From assembly GCA_965153285.1 (NCBI GenBank), contig OZ229121.1: a stretch of 64,000 bases of DNA; one strand, given 5' to 3'. The DNA is from Podarcis tiliguerta. Its lineage: Eukaryota. Position numbers and translations under genes: made by a program. Below the pieces are notes generated by a model. The model was given only the letters and a program-made list of their open reading frames with translations. It made no database searches and was not told the DNA's origin. Shown piece after piece: positions 10,616 through 22,311 of this stretch; positions within the stretch are counted from its first letter, which is position 1; every line of letters begins with the position of its first letter.

Positions 10616-10913
10616 CTTTGAGGTAATGTCTATGTACAGTCCATTACAGTAGGCCAGGCAGGAGCATGGACAACTAGGCCAGACTATCGCAGTGCAGGAA
10701 TTGTTGTAGCTGGCAAAGTGGGCTAAGTCACAGAAACTGCTTTGGGAAACCAGGAGTACTCCTAGACTACAAGCACATGTATGTTGAAGATTTTGGTTGC
10801 CTTAAGCAGGGATTTTAGATAACAGTTAAAAGTATCGAATCAATGTTAAAAGAACACTTTATGTGTGGTCTTCACTAACTGTAAAAAAATAAATAAAAAT
10901 CCTTATCAAACAG

Positions 10914-11075
10914 AAACCGAAGAAAGCCTCCTTTGATCAGGACTCAGATGTAGACATCTTCCCCTCAGAGTTTGCCTCTGAAGCAGCCTCCAGGCCGCGG
11001 ACTGGACGGGCGAGAAAAGAAGTGAAATATTTTGCAGAGTCTGATGAAGATGACGATTTTGCGATGTTTAATTAA
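10914..11075 (+). CDS. TOP2B: TOP2B last coding exon (KPKKASFDQDSDVDIFP...RTGRARKEVKYFAESDEDDDFAMFN*)
   Basis: cAG acceptor 10912-10913, 54 codons ending TAA 11073-11075; canonical Top2beta C-terminus. Confidence 0.96.
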   Translation, partial: KPKKASFDQDSDVDIFPSEFASEAASRPRTGRARKEVKYFAESDEDDDFAMFN

Positions 11076-11420
11076 GTGCCCAAAGAGCACACAAACTTCC
11101 AACAAATATCTTATGTTGTCCTTTTGTCCCTTTTTGTCGCAGACTTTTTGTACATTTGACTTATTTTATGTGATGATGTAATTGATGGTTTTTTCTTATT
11201 GTGCGTAGGCATTTTAACATTTTGTTCTTACACCGACAGTTTTATGCTCTTTTTTACTCATTGAAATGTCATGTATTTGTCTGACCGGCTTGTAGAAATG
11301 TTCTAGGGAGCTGTGCAAAAGCACACATTTTAACTGTCATGGTTGCAAACTGCAAACCTGCTTTTTGAAATGAAGTTTAAACATTAAAAAAAATTATAAA
11401 AACCATTTCCTTGCGTTTGG
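11076..11420 (+). other. TOP2B: TOP2B 3'UTR (end approximate)
   Basis: U-rich sequence after the stop; ATTAAA at 11383-11388. Confidence 0.7.
11383..11388 (+). terminator. candidate TOP2B polyadenylation signal ATTAAA
   Basis: common PAS variant about 310 nt after the stop, followed by T/GT-rich sequence. Confidence 0.55.
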
Positions 11421-11448
11421 GGGCTTGGACTAAAAAGACACTGCTTTT

Positions 11449-11600
11449 NNNNNNNNNNNNNNNNNNNNNNNNNNNNNNNNNNNNNNNNNNNNNNNNNNNN
11501 NNNNNNNNNNNNNNNNNNNNNNNNNNNNNNNNNNNNNNNNNNNNNNNNNNNNNNNNNNNNNNNNNNNNNNNNNNNNNNNNNNNNNNNNNNNNNNNNNNNN
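11449..11600. other. assembly gap (152 N) between the TOP2B and RARB 3' ends
   Basis: run of N flanked by T and A homopolymers. Confidence 0.99.
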
Positions 11601-12716
11601 AAAAAAATTCACTAGTGCTTTAAAATGAAACCTAAGAAACTGACACTTAAAAATTGTAACCACGCTACCACATTTTCCACTCTGTTTTATGGTGATTAAC
11701 AAAGTCAAAGAGGCAGATTCTCATCTCTGCTTTTGGGTATTCTAGTGACAGCCCCTTGTTACCAGAGAGGAGGACTGTGGGGCTTTGGGGGCGGGGGGGA
11801 CAGTTTCTCCATATTTGTTTTCACTAGTGTCACCAATTCAGAGGTAGTGAGTATGCCTGGTCATTATTAGCCCACAAATATCCCCCTAACAGCTTGTGAA
11901 CAAGAAAAACAAAACAAAAACATTAACACTGGAAAGTGTTTCTGCCTTGAAGGCTATAACTGAAGTTAAAAATTTAGTATTTATTTTTAAATGCAGAGAA
12001 GTCAGCCAAGTAACAAACCCCCTTGTAAATTTTAAAGTGACATTAACAGTAAAACAAATTACATCCAAATAACTGGTCTGGCAGTTACATGTATACAGAA
12101 GTTCCTTCTGCTAGTGCAGTGAATTTCTTTGTCTCCTTTTACTGGGAAAGAAAGAAATACAAACCGAGGCCATTAAAAAAAAGAGCAAAGACAAGGTTTC
12201 ATCCTAACTAAATTAGAATGTCTCTCTCAGAGCTTTTTTTCACCTGGACATGTAAGCGGTCCATTTCGTAAGCATGATGTCTGGGTCATTTCATGTACGC
12301 AAGAGAAACGGAAAGCACCAAACATCCAGTCGAGAAAGTACAGGCCCATATATTTTGTTTATGTACAAAGTCATCAGAAATGGGTAAAAACCATAATTTT
12401 AACCTCTTGTTTGAGATCTGTCACCGTACAATCTTGGATTTCCAGCAGAAACAATTGAAGCTTAACTAGTTTATTATTTCATGAACTAGTTCATTTAGCA
12501 TTTCAAAAGTTTATGGTTTCAAGTTAAGCTGCAAGGCATCTGTTTGGGTATGTGTGTGTGTGTGTGTACATAGAATACGGGTACACATGAAAAGTTCTTG
12601 GTCCTTGTTGGGTTTTAGTGTGTTTATATATAAGTTCAGAAAATGAGCAGCAGCAAAGACTATTCTTGCGTCTCATCCCTGTCTATAAAATGTTAGGAAT
12701 GTCGCTGGAGAACGTC
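11601..12716 (-). other. RARB: RARB 3'UTR (probably continues into the gap)
   Basis: repeat-free AU-rich sequence downstream of the RARB stop; no clear AATAAA on - before the gap. Confidence 0.75.
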
Positions 12717-12944
<228 letters not shown>

Positions 12945-13595
12945 TTAAATTTGTCAAGTCAGGTTTCTTTAAAGGAAAATGCACAGCTTTCAGGGGACAG
13001 GAAACCCAGAGACTAGGATTAGCCTCTCTTTCATGCGGAAGAGAGGCTTGCGAGCGCCAGGAGCCAGTTCTGTGTATGCACAAGAAAGTGCTCAGAAGCA
13101 ACGTTTGCCCAGGTAGAAGCACCTGCTTCATGTTCAAAGCTGCTGAAGAACACATCCTTTTCATGCCATAATAGACTATACTAAGAATGGAGTCACAGGT
13201 CACTTACTTCAGGGGTCACTTTAAAAACAAAAAGCTCTTACATGTCAGGGGAACCCATATTTTGTAATCATCAGCCACACAGCGCAGCAGACTACTGTAG
13301 GCCTCTGCTGCTTTGGCTGCCCAAATATTTTTTATCATGCTACATGAGTTATTTAGCTTACAAATTGCAGGTTATTTATAGCTGTGCTATCTATGACTGA
13401 TTCTTGTGAATGGTTCCCTCCCCCATTAAATATATCAATACATCGGCAATTATAACCGATCTGCTACTATAAAGGGGAGCACGTCTAAAATACTTAAGCT
13501 CTCGTCACCAGTGCGTAATTTTTGCATTTTATTCCCATTCAACTACCCCCTTAGAATTTCCACCTTTAAATATCTGCCAACTAAGATTTCATTTT

Positions 13596-13695
13596 GTGCA
13601 TCTGATGAATCGGGTTTGAGTCCATGACAGTGTCAAGCCAAAATAAATTTGTTAGTCCACTGCAGCAACAACAAAGAGTCTAGGTTAAGACTTAA
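13596..13695 (+). mobile_element. Penelope-like element end (pLTR relic) with degenerate hammerhead core
   Basis: gcatCTGATGAatcgggtttgagtccatGACAg...aaataaatttgttagtc resembles sauropsid Penelope termini as I recall them. Confidence 0.6.
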
Positions 13696-13843
13696 ACGTT
13701 TAACCAAAGATTCAGAAGCACAATAATACTTGGCTGACTGCATGGACAGGTTATAAAGGAACACAGGGCTGCTTCAAGTGGTAATTATACAGTAAGTAGT
13801 CCTAGTATTCCACCCTAAATATGTTAAAAGCCATAGGTGCATA

Positions 13844-14019
13844 TAGAGATGTGAAGGCCTGGGGAAAAACCAGTCCCTCGCCCCCGTTTTCCCCCCGGAA
13901 AAATTGAAGAAAAAAAAGTGTGTGGAATATTCAAATGATATCAAACTTTTTTTCAATTTTTACGGAAAACCCCCACAAAGAATCTGCCCCCCCTTTTTTT
14001 CCAGGCCTTCCCATCTCTA
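13844..14019. mobile_element. MITE with 19-bp TIR (hAT-like)
   Basis: TAGAGATGTGAAGGCCTGG / CCAGGCCTTCCCATCTCTA; TSD unclear. Confidence 0.65.
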
Positions 14020-14772
14020 GACAGTGCAAAGCATTTGCTCCATACACTTCTCTGCATGGAAGACGTGAGCAACAGCTATAGAATAGCAAGAAGGAAAGTC
14101 AAAACCCATTCAATTTATCTTCGATTTCTGTATCTTCAATGCTTCAGGACTAACAGTAGTGGAGAGTACTGGAGGAGGCTGAAAGATCAATTATTTGCCA
14201 GAAATCAAATAACCACCCCCAACTTCCTCTTATAAATTGGTTTACTAACAAAACTAATGAATCAGTAGGCTGCTTTTAATCACTTCTGCCTAACATGAAA
14301 GTGAAATTATTGTGTCACAGAGAGAGTGAGAAAAGCCTCTCTGTACAATTGGTGGGTTATGTTTTCACATATATCTCAGCAGGTTCCAAAGCCGAAACAT
14401 AACTGGAAACATTTACAAGTAAGCTAAGACCTTTAAACACGTTACCTACCACTTAAAACTTTCAATTTGAAAAGCATGTGAGGACACCAGGTTTGGAGCG
14501 AATAATTTCTAACCACCACCTTATGAAAAGTTAAGAGTTACCTATACTAATTGACAAACACTGTTGGGTTGTGGCTATAATGCATTGATAAATGGGAGGG
14601 CTGCTCACATGATGCTAAGCAAAATGGGAAAATTGGTTAAGTTGTAATGGCAAAATTATTATTATTGGTGATTTACATAAACGGATTTTTGGGAAGTGGT
14701 GAATACTGCAATTTAGCAGAAGGGATGTTTCATCATGGACATAATGAATTTGGATGTAACCATGCTGTCTAC

Positions 14773-15133
14773 AGGGGACGCGGGTGGCGCTGTGGGTTAA
14801 AGCCTCAGCGCCTAGGGCTTGCCGATCAAGAGGTCGGTGGTTCGAATCCCCGTGGCGGGGTGCGCTCCCGTCGTTCGGTCCCAGCGCCTGCCAACCTAGC
14901 AGTTCGAAAGCACCTCCGGGTGCAAGTAGATAAATAGGGACCGCTTACCAGCGGGAAGGTAAACGGCGTTTCCGTGTGCGGCTCTGGCTCGCCAGAGCAG
15001 CGATGTCACGCTGGCCACGTGACCCGGAAGTGTCTTCGGACAGCGCTGGCCCTCGGCCTCTTAAGTGAGATGGGCGCACAACCCTAGAGTCTGTCAAGAC
15101 TGGCCCGTACGGGCAGGGGTACCTTTACCTTTT
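14773..15133 (+). mobile_element. Sauria SINE, different subfamily
   Basis: ggggacgcgggtggcgctgtgggttaaa head, GGTTCGAATCC B box, acctttacctttt tail, TSD atgctgtcta. Confidence 0.93.
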
Positions 15134-15996
15134 ATGCTGTCTAAGGACTGTCTATCCTTATATACAAGGTTGTTTGAGTTTATACACTTAAGGCATCTCC
15201 AAGGATCTGCTGCGGAAGGAGGAAAAGCCCCAAAGAAAGGAGGGTGTAACACTGCGGACACATTAAAGAGCCATAATCTCTTTGGTGAATAAACTATGTT
15301 ACATTTATTTCTCTGACATTTAGGCACCCAAGGCAGCTTTCATATCAAAGGGGGACCATTTCTTGTAAAACCAGAGAGGTACAAGAAAGGTTTGCCTGGA
15401 AAACAAACACACACAGGCAGCTGCCAGGTGTTAGGAATTCATTCTCCTGCAATAAAGTATAATAATATAAATTGACTGTTAGAAATTCCTGGAAAACTTT
15501 CTTAGCTTAATACAGTGCTAAATATATATACTGCTATACTTTATGCTCTCTGTAATAATTTGGTATAATAAAGCAATGTAGCCTCTATCAAATAGAGGAT
15601 GATTGCATGAGTATAAACAGTTCAACAGCATGGAAGCCACAAAAGTCAAAGGACAACTCTGAATGAATGGATTTTAGAAACTTTGTAGGTCTGCTTCTTT
15701 GGTCCCACGCATCAGAGCTTTGTTGCCAGGAAAATGTGTCAATCAGACATGCGCCGCTTCTGGTCCACATAATTATGTGCTGAACCGTGAGTTTATTTAG
15801 CTGCACTTTGGCAAATCAGGGCATGACTGCAGTGAAAAAATAATCAGAAATAATGGTGCGCTAGAATCACTTGGAAGGTTTTCTTCAAGAAGGTGCTTCT
15901 ACATTTAGAGGGGCTGTTCTTGGAGATAGGTATGCATGTGCCTAGCGCTGGGGTTTGCATACGCCCCTCTGCACTGAAAGCAGCCATGGGTCAAGC

Positions 15997-16293
15997 CAGT
16001 GGCATAGCGTGGGGGGTGCAGGGGGGGCCGGCCGCACCGGGCGCAACATCTGGGGGGGGCACGCTCGCACTCGCAGCTCTCTGCCCCTACCTGGCTCACT
16101 CACTCTCTCTCACTGCAGTGCTGGCTGTGCAAATTCGATCCGAGCCGCCGGGTCGCCGCCAACTGTGGAGGGGGGGGGGTGTGCGGTGTGGAGAGAGAGC
16201 GAGGGACTATCTGGGGGAGGGACAGTGCAGCGGGGGGGGGGGGGCAAATTACTTGCCTTGCCCCGGGTGCTGACAACCCACGCTACGCCACTG
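15997..16293. mobile_element. hAT non-autonomous DNA transposon, GC-rich, young
   Basis: 17-bp TIR CAGTGGC(A/G)TAGCGTGGG, perfect 8-bp TSD GGTCAAGC. Confidence 0.92.
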
Positions 16294-16461
16294 GGTCAAG
16301 CCCATCGCCGCTCGAACGGCATGGCAAATCAATTTCATCCATGGTTGGGTCACATGATTCAATAGCTGGGCACAGGACTCTAGATAAATTCCATTTGGAG
16401 ATCAGAGCATAAATGTTTCCCTACCAAGCAAGAGTCATTATTCCATAGGAATCTAGCTTAC

Positions 16462-16620
16462 CTTTTGCACTGATACTGCGTAGATCTGTGATTTTCATTA
16501 AGATCTTTGGAAACATATGAGGCTTGTTGGGTCTTCTTTTTCTGATGTATATTTTGAGAGCCTCCAACAATGGCTCCTGTAGTTCATCTACCTTAGCTGG
16601 TTCTTCGAGGTCCTGGCGGT
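16462..16620 (-). CDS. RARB: RARB LBD exon ([54 protein letters not shown])
   Basis: ttccAG acceptor, AAG|GTAAGC donor; 159 nt, phase 1-1. Confidence 0.97.
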
Positions 16621-17437
16621 CTGGAAAAAACACACAAATATTACAAGCGGTGAAAAACAGCGAACAGCAAAACTTTAGTGTCGGCATTCAAATTAACATG
16701 ACCAAATTCTGCCTGTTGCAAATTCTTTGCTTTCCATGACCCAGTTCCAAGCTAGCATGATGACACTTCTGGGCTTTTTCTGTGCAAACTGGCAATGTAT
16801 TTAACAAGTCTGGAAAAACAGTTCCTGTTCCTCTCTAAGGCTCTAAGCAAAGACAATTGCACTGCATAACTAACTATATATTTGTGTTTACTTAAGAGAC
16901 CAATAATAAGGTATAACTTTACTCATTTTGAATTTGTAAAATGAAATCCAACTCAAAAAGTTTTATTTTTCTATGGGATACTTTCTGGCCATTTCATCTC
17001 TCGATCGGAGAGCAATGCTATTACCCCTGTGTGCCAGTAGGTGTCAGCATAACACTGAGTTAACTAAGAGCCATTGAGTTAGAAATAAATAAATCTGAGG
17101 CATGTCACTAGTGCTTCCTGTTTAATACATTTGCCTCCAGATTTTGCCTAAAGGAACCTGTGAGGTGAATTTGGACTGTCCTGTTTAGATGAAACATCTG
17201 TAAGAGTCTCGAGCAATTAAAAAATACAGGATTTGTGAAAAATTTTGTGGTTCACTCAACCCTACAATGGTTTATCTGTAATGTACGTAGGATTTGATGC
17301 TGAGGCACTGCTGCATAGATATCTGCACATGATATCTATACATTAGGAATAGCTTCAAAATCCTTTGGCACAGGCGTAGTCCAGAAATGGAAGATTCTGC
17401 CTTCTCAGCAGCCCCAAATCCAGGGAAGGGGCATTAA

Positions 17438-17438
17438 T

Positions 17439-17473
<35 letters not shown>

Positions 17474-17506
17474 TATATATGTACACACACACATATATAC
17501 ACACAC
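17438..17506. repeat. (CA)n/(TA)n compound microsatellite
   Basis: direct reading. Confidence 0.9.
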
Positions 17507-18226
17507 TTCATACAAACAAGCATTGAATAAAACGAACAAATAATACAAAAACAGAAGAAAATACAAAAACAAAATTACAAGGATGTAAACATAATAACAT
17601 AAATTGCAATCAAAAATATAACACATTATATTCTCCTAAAAAAGGAAAAAGAACGAAAAATAATACCAAAAAAAAGAAGAAAAAAATGACTTCGAACTAA
17701 TTCCATGTTAGAACATTTCTTCAAAAATTAAATCATTGCAGGAAACCAGTGATATGAGGAATAAAGATCCACATGGAGTTCATAGGGAAGAGGCGATTTC
17801 ATCCCTTTTTCTGCAGCCTGTTTTGTCATGACTGCAGCTGAGACAGAAGGGCAATTTCTGGCTACATCGGCTCCCATTTTGTCATATGGTCTGCATTCTC
17901 ACTTTTCCTGGTGACACACCATGGCACCATATAGTGTCATTCCCCCCTCCCCACACCACTATTTCCTCTCAAAAAGCCATGTTCCCCCAGATGTTGGACT
18001 ACAACACCCATCATCCAAGCCAGGTTAGCCAGTGGTCAGGGATGATGGAAGCTGTAGTGTAGCGACATCTGGGGCCCAAGGCTGAAGAACACTGACCTAG
18101 GCAAGTTCAGTAGAAACGTCTCCTTGGAAACAACTTTTCATTTCCATGAATTCTAGTAAACCCCGAAGATACTAGCACTTGTCGAACCCAACTTCTTCTC
18201 TGTCCTGTGCTCATCCCAGCATATCA

Positions 18227-18559
<333 letters not shown>

Positions 18560-18614
18560 TCATTGGGAAAGGACCACATCAGGTTATGGCCTTCCTGAGA
18601 ACTCTACAATTACA

Positions 18615-18842
18615 GGACCAGGGAAGGAACGACCACTGGGAGGAGCATAGGAAGAAGGAAAGCCATGGTACACCTCCATCAGCACCACTAGATGCCCTCG
18701 TCTGCCCCAGCTGCAACAAAACATGTCTCTCCCGTATCAGTCTCTACAGATACAGCAGGCATTGTAACTCCCAACAGTTTGACTTCACCCCCAAAGGCAC
18801 ACTCCTTCGTTGTCTCCTGAGACAGACGGATGCCAACCAAAT
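18615..18842 (+). mobile_element. RTE-clade LINE 3' end
   Basis: C-terminal zinc-finger-like CPSCNKTCLSRISLYRYSRHC then ttgtctcctgagacagacggatgccaac tail. Confidence 0.7.
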
Positions 18843-20720
18843 CTAGCTGAAGTTCAGTACTTCCTCCATCCCTGATTTTAGTCTGATGCTTAAGTGCAGT
18901 GTGTGCAGCCAAGCCTACACATGCTTAGGTGAGTTCAACAGGAGCTGCTCAGAAAGTGAAGCTTGACCAGAACCTGCAGCCCCCTAGGAAGGTCCCAATG
19001 GGGACTTAGGAGGGCTTAATCTTGGCTAGATTGTGCCCTGCATTCACCCTTCACACGGGTTTGGTTTCTGCTTTTTCCTCAGATCCCCTTTGACCCATAG
19101 GTCCTTATTAACAGCAACTTTTAGAAAGAAGAAGAACATAAAGGTCTGAGAATTGCCAGTGGGAAGGATAAGCATTCTGGCATTTGCAGTCTCAAGTCCC
19201 TGTCAAGAAAAGTAACTGAGGAATACTAACCCCACCACCTCCATTTCTCATGCCGAAGGAAAGCTTCTTAGCCATGGGCGAGAGGAAGATGGTAACACCA
19301 GCTCCTAGGACTGGGGCAAGCATGGCTGCCGAGCTATTCAAGCAACAGGGGTTTCCTTTCCCAAGAACCCACCTCAAATGTCCACACCACTCTCATCCCA
19401 TGATTTGCAAAGGTATCCACAAAGCATATAACACACGCAGAAGTCGCATGATGATGGGTTCTTCTGCTTCCAGCTTGGCAGGCAGCAAGAAGCCACCTGG
19501 ATCTATCGCCTCACTCTTCTCTCTCTCCCCAGGAGAAGAGGAGAAACAGTGGCTCATGCTATGCCAACAGATTGGAGAAATCAAGTGGCAAATCCCAGAC
19601 TTTTGACAGACAAATTCAGAGTTTGGTGGGAGGAGGCCAACTCTGCTTATTCTCCCTCTCTAATTTGTATTTATTATTTTATTTATAAATGGATGCCCTG
19701 TGAAAGAATGTCTCTGCACTCTGAAAAATGATAGAATTTGCTACCACAGGATAGAGGGATGGCTCTCGACGTGGATGACTTTAAAAGAGGATTAGAGAAA
19801 TCCATGGGCTTCATAAGGCTTTCAGTGGTTACTAGCTTTGATGACTACATCCTCTCTCCATGTCTCTGAGTACAGAACAGAATTCCAGACTAGACGGGCC
19901 TTCAAAGCAAGAAGAGCTCTTCCAATTCTCTAGTCTATTTTCTTTAATGTATGAAATCCATGACAACTTCCTCTTCCACCCTGCTACCCCGGCCACAATA
20001 AGATATCCTGGTAGGGTATGAACCCTGTGCTGTGGCTCCTTTGGCAGTATTCTCTGTTCAGCCCCACGCCAGTTTTCCAGAGATGTGGCCAAAGGAGAGA
20101 ACCAGGGTTGTAGCATCTTCCTTTCCCCCTCAAGAGTCTCGCCAAGAAATAAAACAGCACAGCTGAGTAGGTTTTCTTCAGAGAGGAGGAAAAACAATGG
20201 GCAGCGTGAGTGAAAGGGACCCTTCCCACAGTCGCCGAGAGCGGCTAACATTCAGGGAACCTGAGCTGCCTCTCAGTGCTACTTGGGGAGAAGAATGTGG
20301 TCTCTTTGGGTTACATATAATACTGCCAGTGACAAATGCGGCGGCATATTCCGAAGCAAGGCCCATTCTCTTATTTCACGCTCTCTGTAGCCGTTGACCA
20401 TAATCTGGTTTTATCGAGCAGGGCAAACAGGAGGGTTTCATGAGAAATTATTTATGAATGGCAGGAGCATGGGAAACACAACGCCAGAGAAACACACCCC
20501 ATAATACTCGCTGATGAGGGCGAGGTACAGTTTGGAAGCTTCCCACTCTCTGTTTCTCACGTTAAAACACACACAGACACAAACTCAACCTGAGGATTAG
20601 CAGGCCGCAGTTGGCAACTACATTCTCTGCTCTGCAGCAAATGGTTCTCCATCAGGGCTGATTTGGGGTGCAAGCAGCTGTGTTTCCTTTCAAGGTGCCA
20701 CAGCAAGCAAGGGAAATGTG

Positions 20721-21190
20721 TGTGGCGATCACCCAGGGTCCCTGGACATTGATGGTCTATTGATCCCTGTTCCACCACTGTGCTTGCTTCCCCGCTGCCA
20801 CCAACCCGTTACTCTCGGGGACACACTGAGTCCAGACAGTTATTAAAATTGAACCAAATAAACAAGTTTATTTTATAAGCATTAACAAGTTTATGGTTTC
20901 TCAGATAAAATTCTTGTCAGTTTCTTAACTTTAGTTTCTTTACCGGCCTATACCTTCCTAATACTTTCTGACTGATTATCTCAACTGTTTGACTCTTAAC
21001 AGATTCTCTCACATCAGACTAACCCAACCCACAGACTTATCCTCTCTCTCTCTTCTCTAACTCCAGACTGACTTCTTAACAACTCTAACTCCTCCCCTTG
21101 GGTTCCTATTGGTTAGTCATTTTACAATTACTTAACCCTTTCCTTATGAACCCAGTATGATGTCACACACCTAGGAGGACAAACGCCACA
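20721..21190 (-). mobile_element. solo LTR (470 bp), different family
   Basis: TGTGGCG...CGCCACA termini, perfect 5-bp TSD ATGTG (20716-20720, 21191-21195); CCAAT and AATAAA on -; orientation inferred. Confidence 0.85.
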
Positions 21191-21630
21191 ATGTGGTTTA
21201 TACAAATGCAGCTTCAATCTAGTTTCTATACCGAAAGTTCTCATAACATGAGATTAATGTTAACATCTCACAATTAACAAAACAGCTGGCAACAGCTGAA
21301 GAAAAGCACACATGATCCCAGGATATGGTCTGCCTGAACATGAGGTCTCCGCCATGCTGGGGCTAAGCAGATACGGGTCTGGTCATGGGCTGGATGAGAG
21401 ACCACATGGGAAACACATGTATGCTGCCTTGGGTTCCATGACAGGAAAAAGGCAGGATAAGAAATGTTGGGAAATACACAAATCCAGTGACGTGCTCATT
21501 ACTGGCCTTTTCGATGTATTTGCCCAATCCACTGCTCACTTGCAGATGCAGAAGTTCTAAAGTGCCCACAAAATTCTGAATAAAGAGTTGTATGTACACT
21601 CAGACAGAAACGCAGATTTGAGACTACGAC

Positions 21631-22290
21631 CTGTGTCCAGGACGGCTGTCTACCAGCTCCATCTGGTATGACCCTACCTACCTACCTACCAACCAGAGTG
21701 GTGCATGCTCTGGTTATCTCCCGCTTGGACTACTGCAATGAGCTCTGTGTGAGGCTACCTTTGAAGGGGACCTGGAAACAACAACTAATCCAGAATGTGA
21801 CAGCTAGACTGGTGACTGGGAGTAGCCGCTGATCAGGACCACATAACACCAGTCCTAAAAGATCTACATTGGCTCCTAGTACATTTCAGAGCACAATTCA
21901 AGATGTTGGTGCTGACCTTTAAAGTCCTAAACAGCTTTGGCCCTGTATATATGAAGGAGCGTCTCCACCCCCATTGTTCAGCCTGGACACTGAGGTCCAG
22001 CTCCAAGGGCCTTCTGGTGGTTCCCTCACTGCGAGACATGAGGTTGCAGGGAACCAGGCAGAGGGCCTTCTCGGCAATGACACCCTCCCTGTGGTACATC
22101 CTTCCATCAGATGTCAAGGAAATAAACAACTATCTGAGTCTTAGAATATATCCAAAGGCAGCCCTGGATTGGGAAGGTTTAAATGTTGGATGTTTTATTA
22201 CGTTTTTACATGTGTTGGAAGCTGCCCAGAGTGGTTGGGGAAACCCAGCCAGATGGATGGGGTACAATTACTACTACTACTACTATCTAC
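21631..22290 (+). mobile_element. L2 LINE 3' fragment
   Basis: ISRLDYCN...DHITPVLKDLHWL..QFKMLVLTFK, (TAC)n tail. Confidence 0.9.
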
Positions 22291-22311
22291 TAAATGAAAC
22301 TAAATGAACTA

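Larger units (their letters stand above)
9395..10790 (-). mobile_element. old L2 relic interrupted by a younger L2 and a 394-bp insert
   Basis: LQCLPVSYQAQFKVLVLAY on -; continuation after 10150 with reverse RLDYCN-type sequence. Confidence 0.6.

Noticed and set aside
10900-10906. TCCTTAT as a U12 branch site
   Set aside because: Upstream donor is GTAAAT, not the U12 RTATCCTT consensus.
11411-11708. ORFs spanning N runs (also 31167-31512)
   Set aside because: Artefacts of translating gaps.
13190-13218. AGGTCA/GGGTCA half-sites as a RARE
   Set aside because: Spacing is DR10 plus an imperfect DR1; not a canonical DR1/2/5 element.
20511-20545. CTGATGAG hammerhead-like core
   Set aside because: No stem II followed by GAAA, so the catalytic core cannot form.
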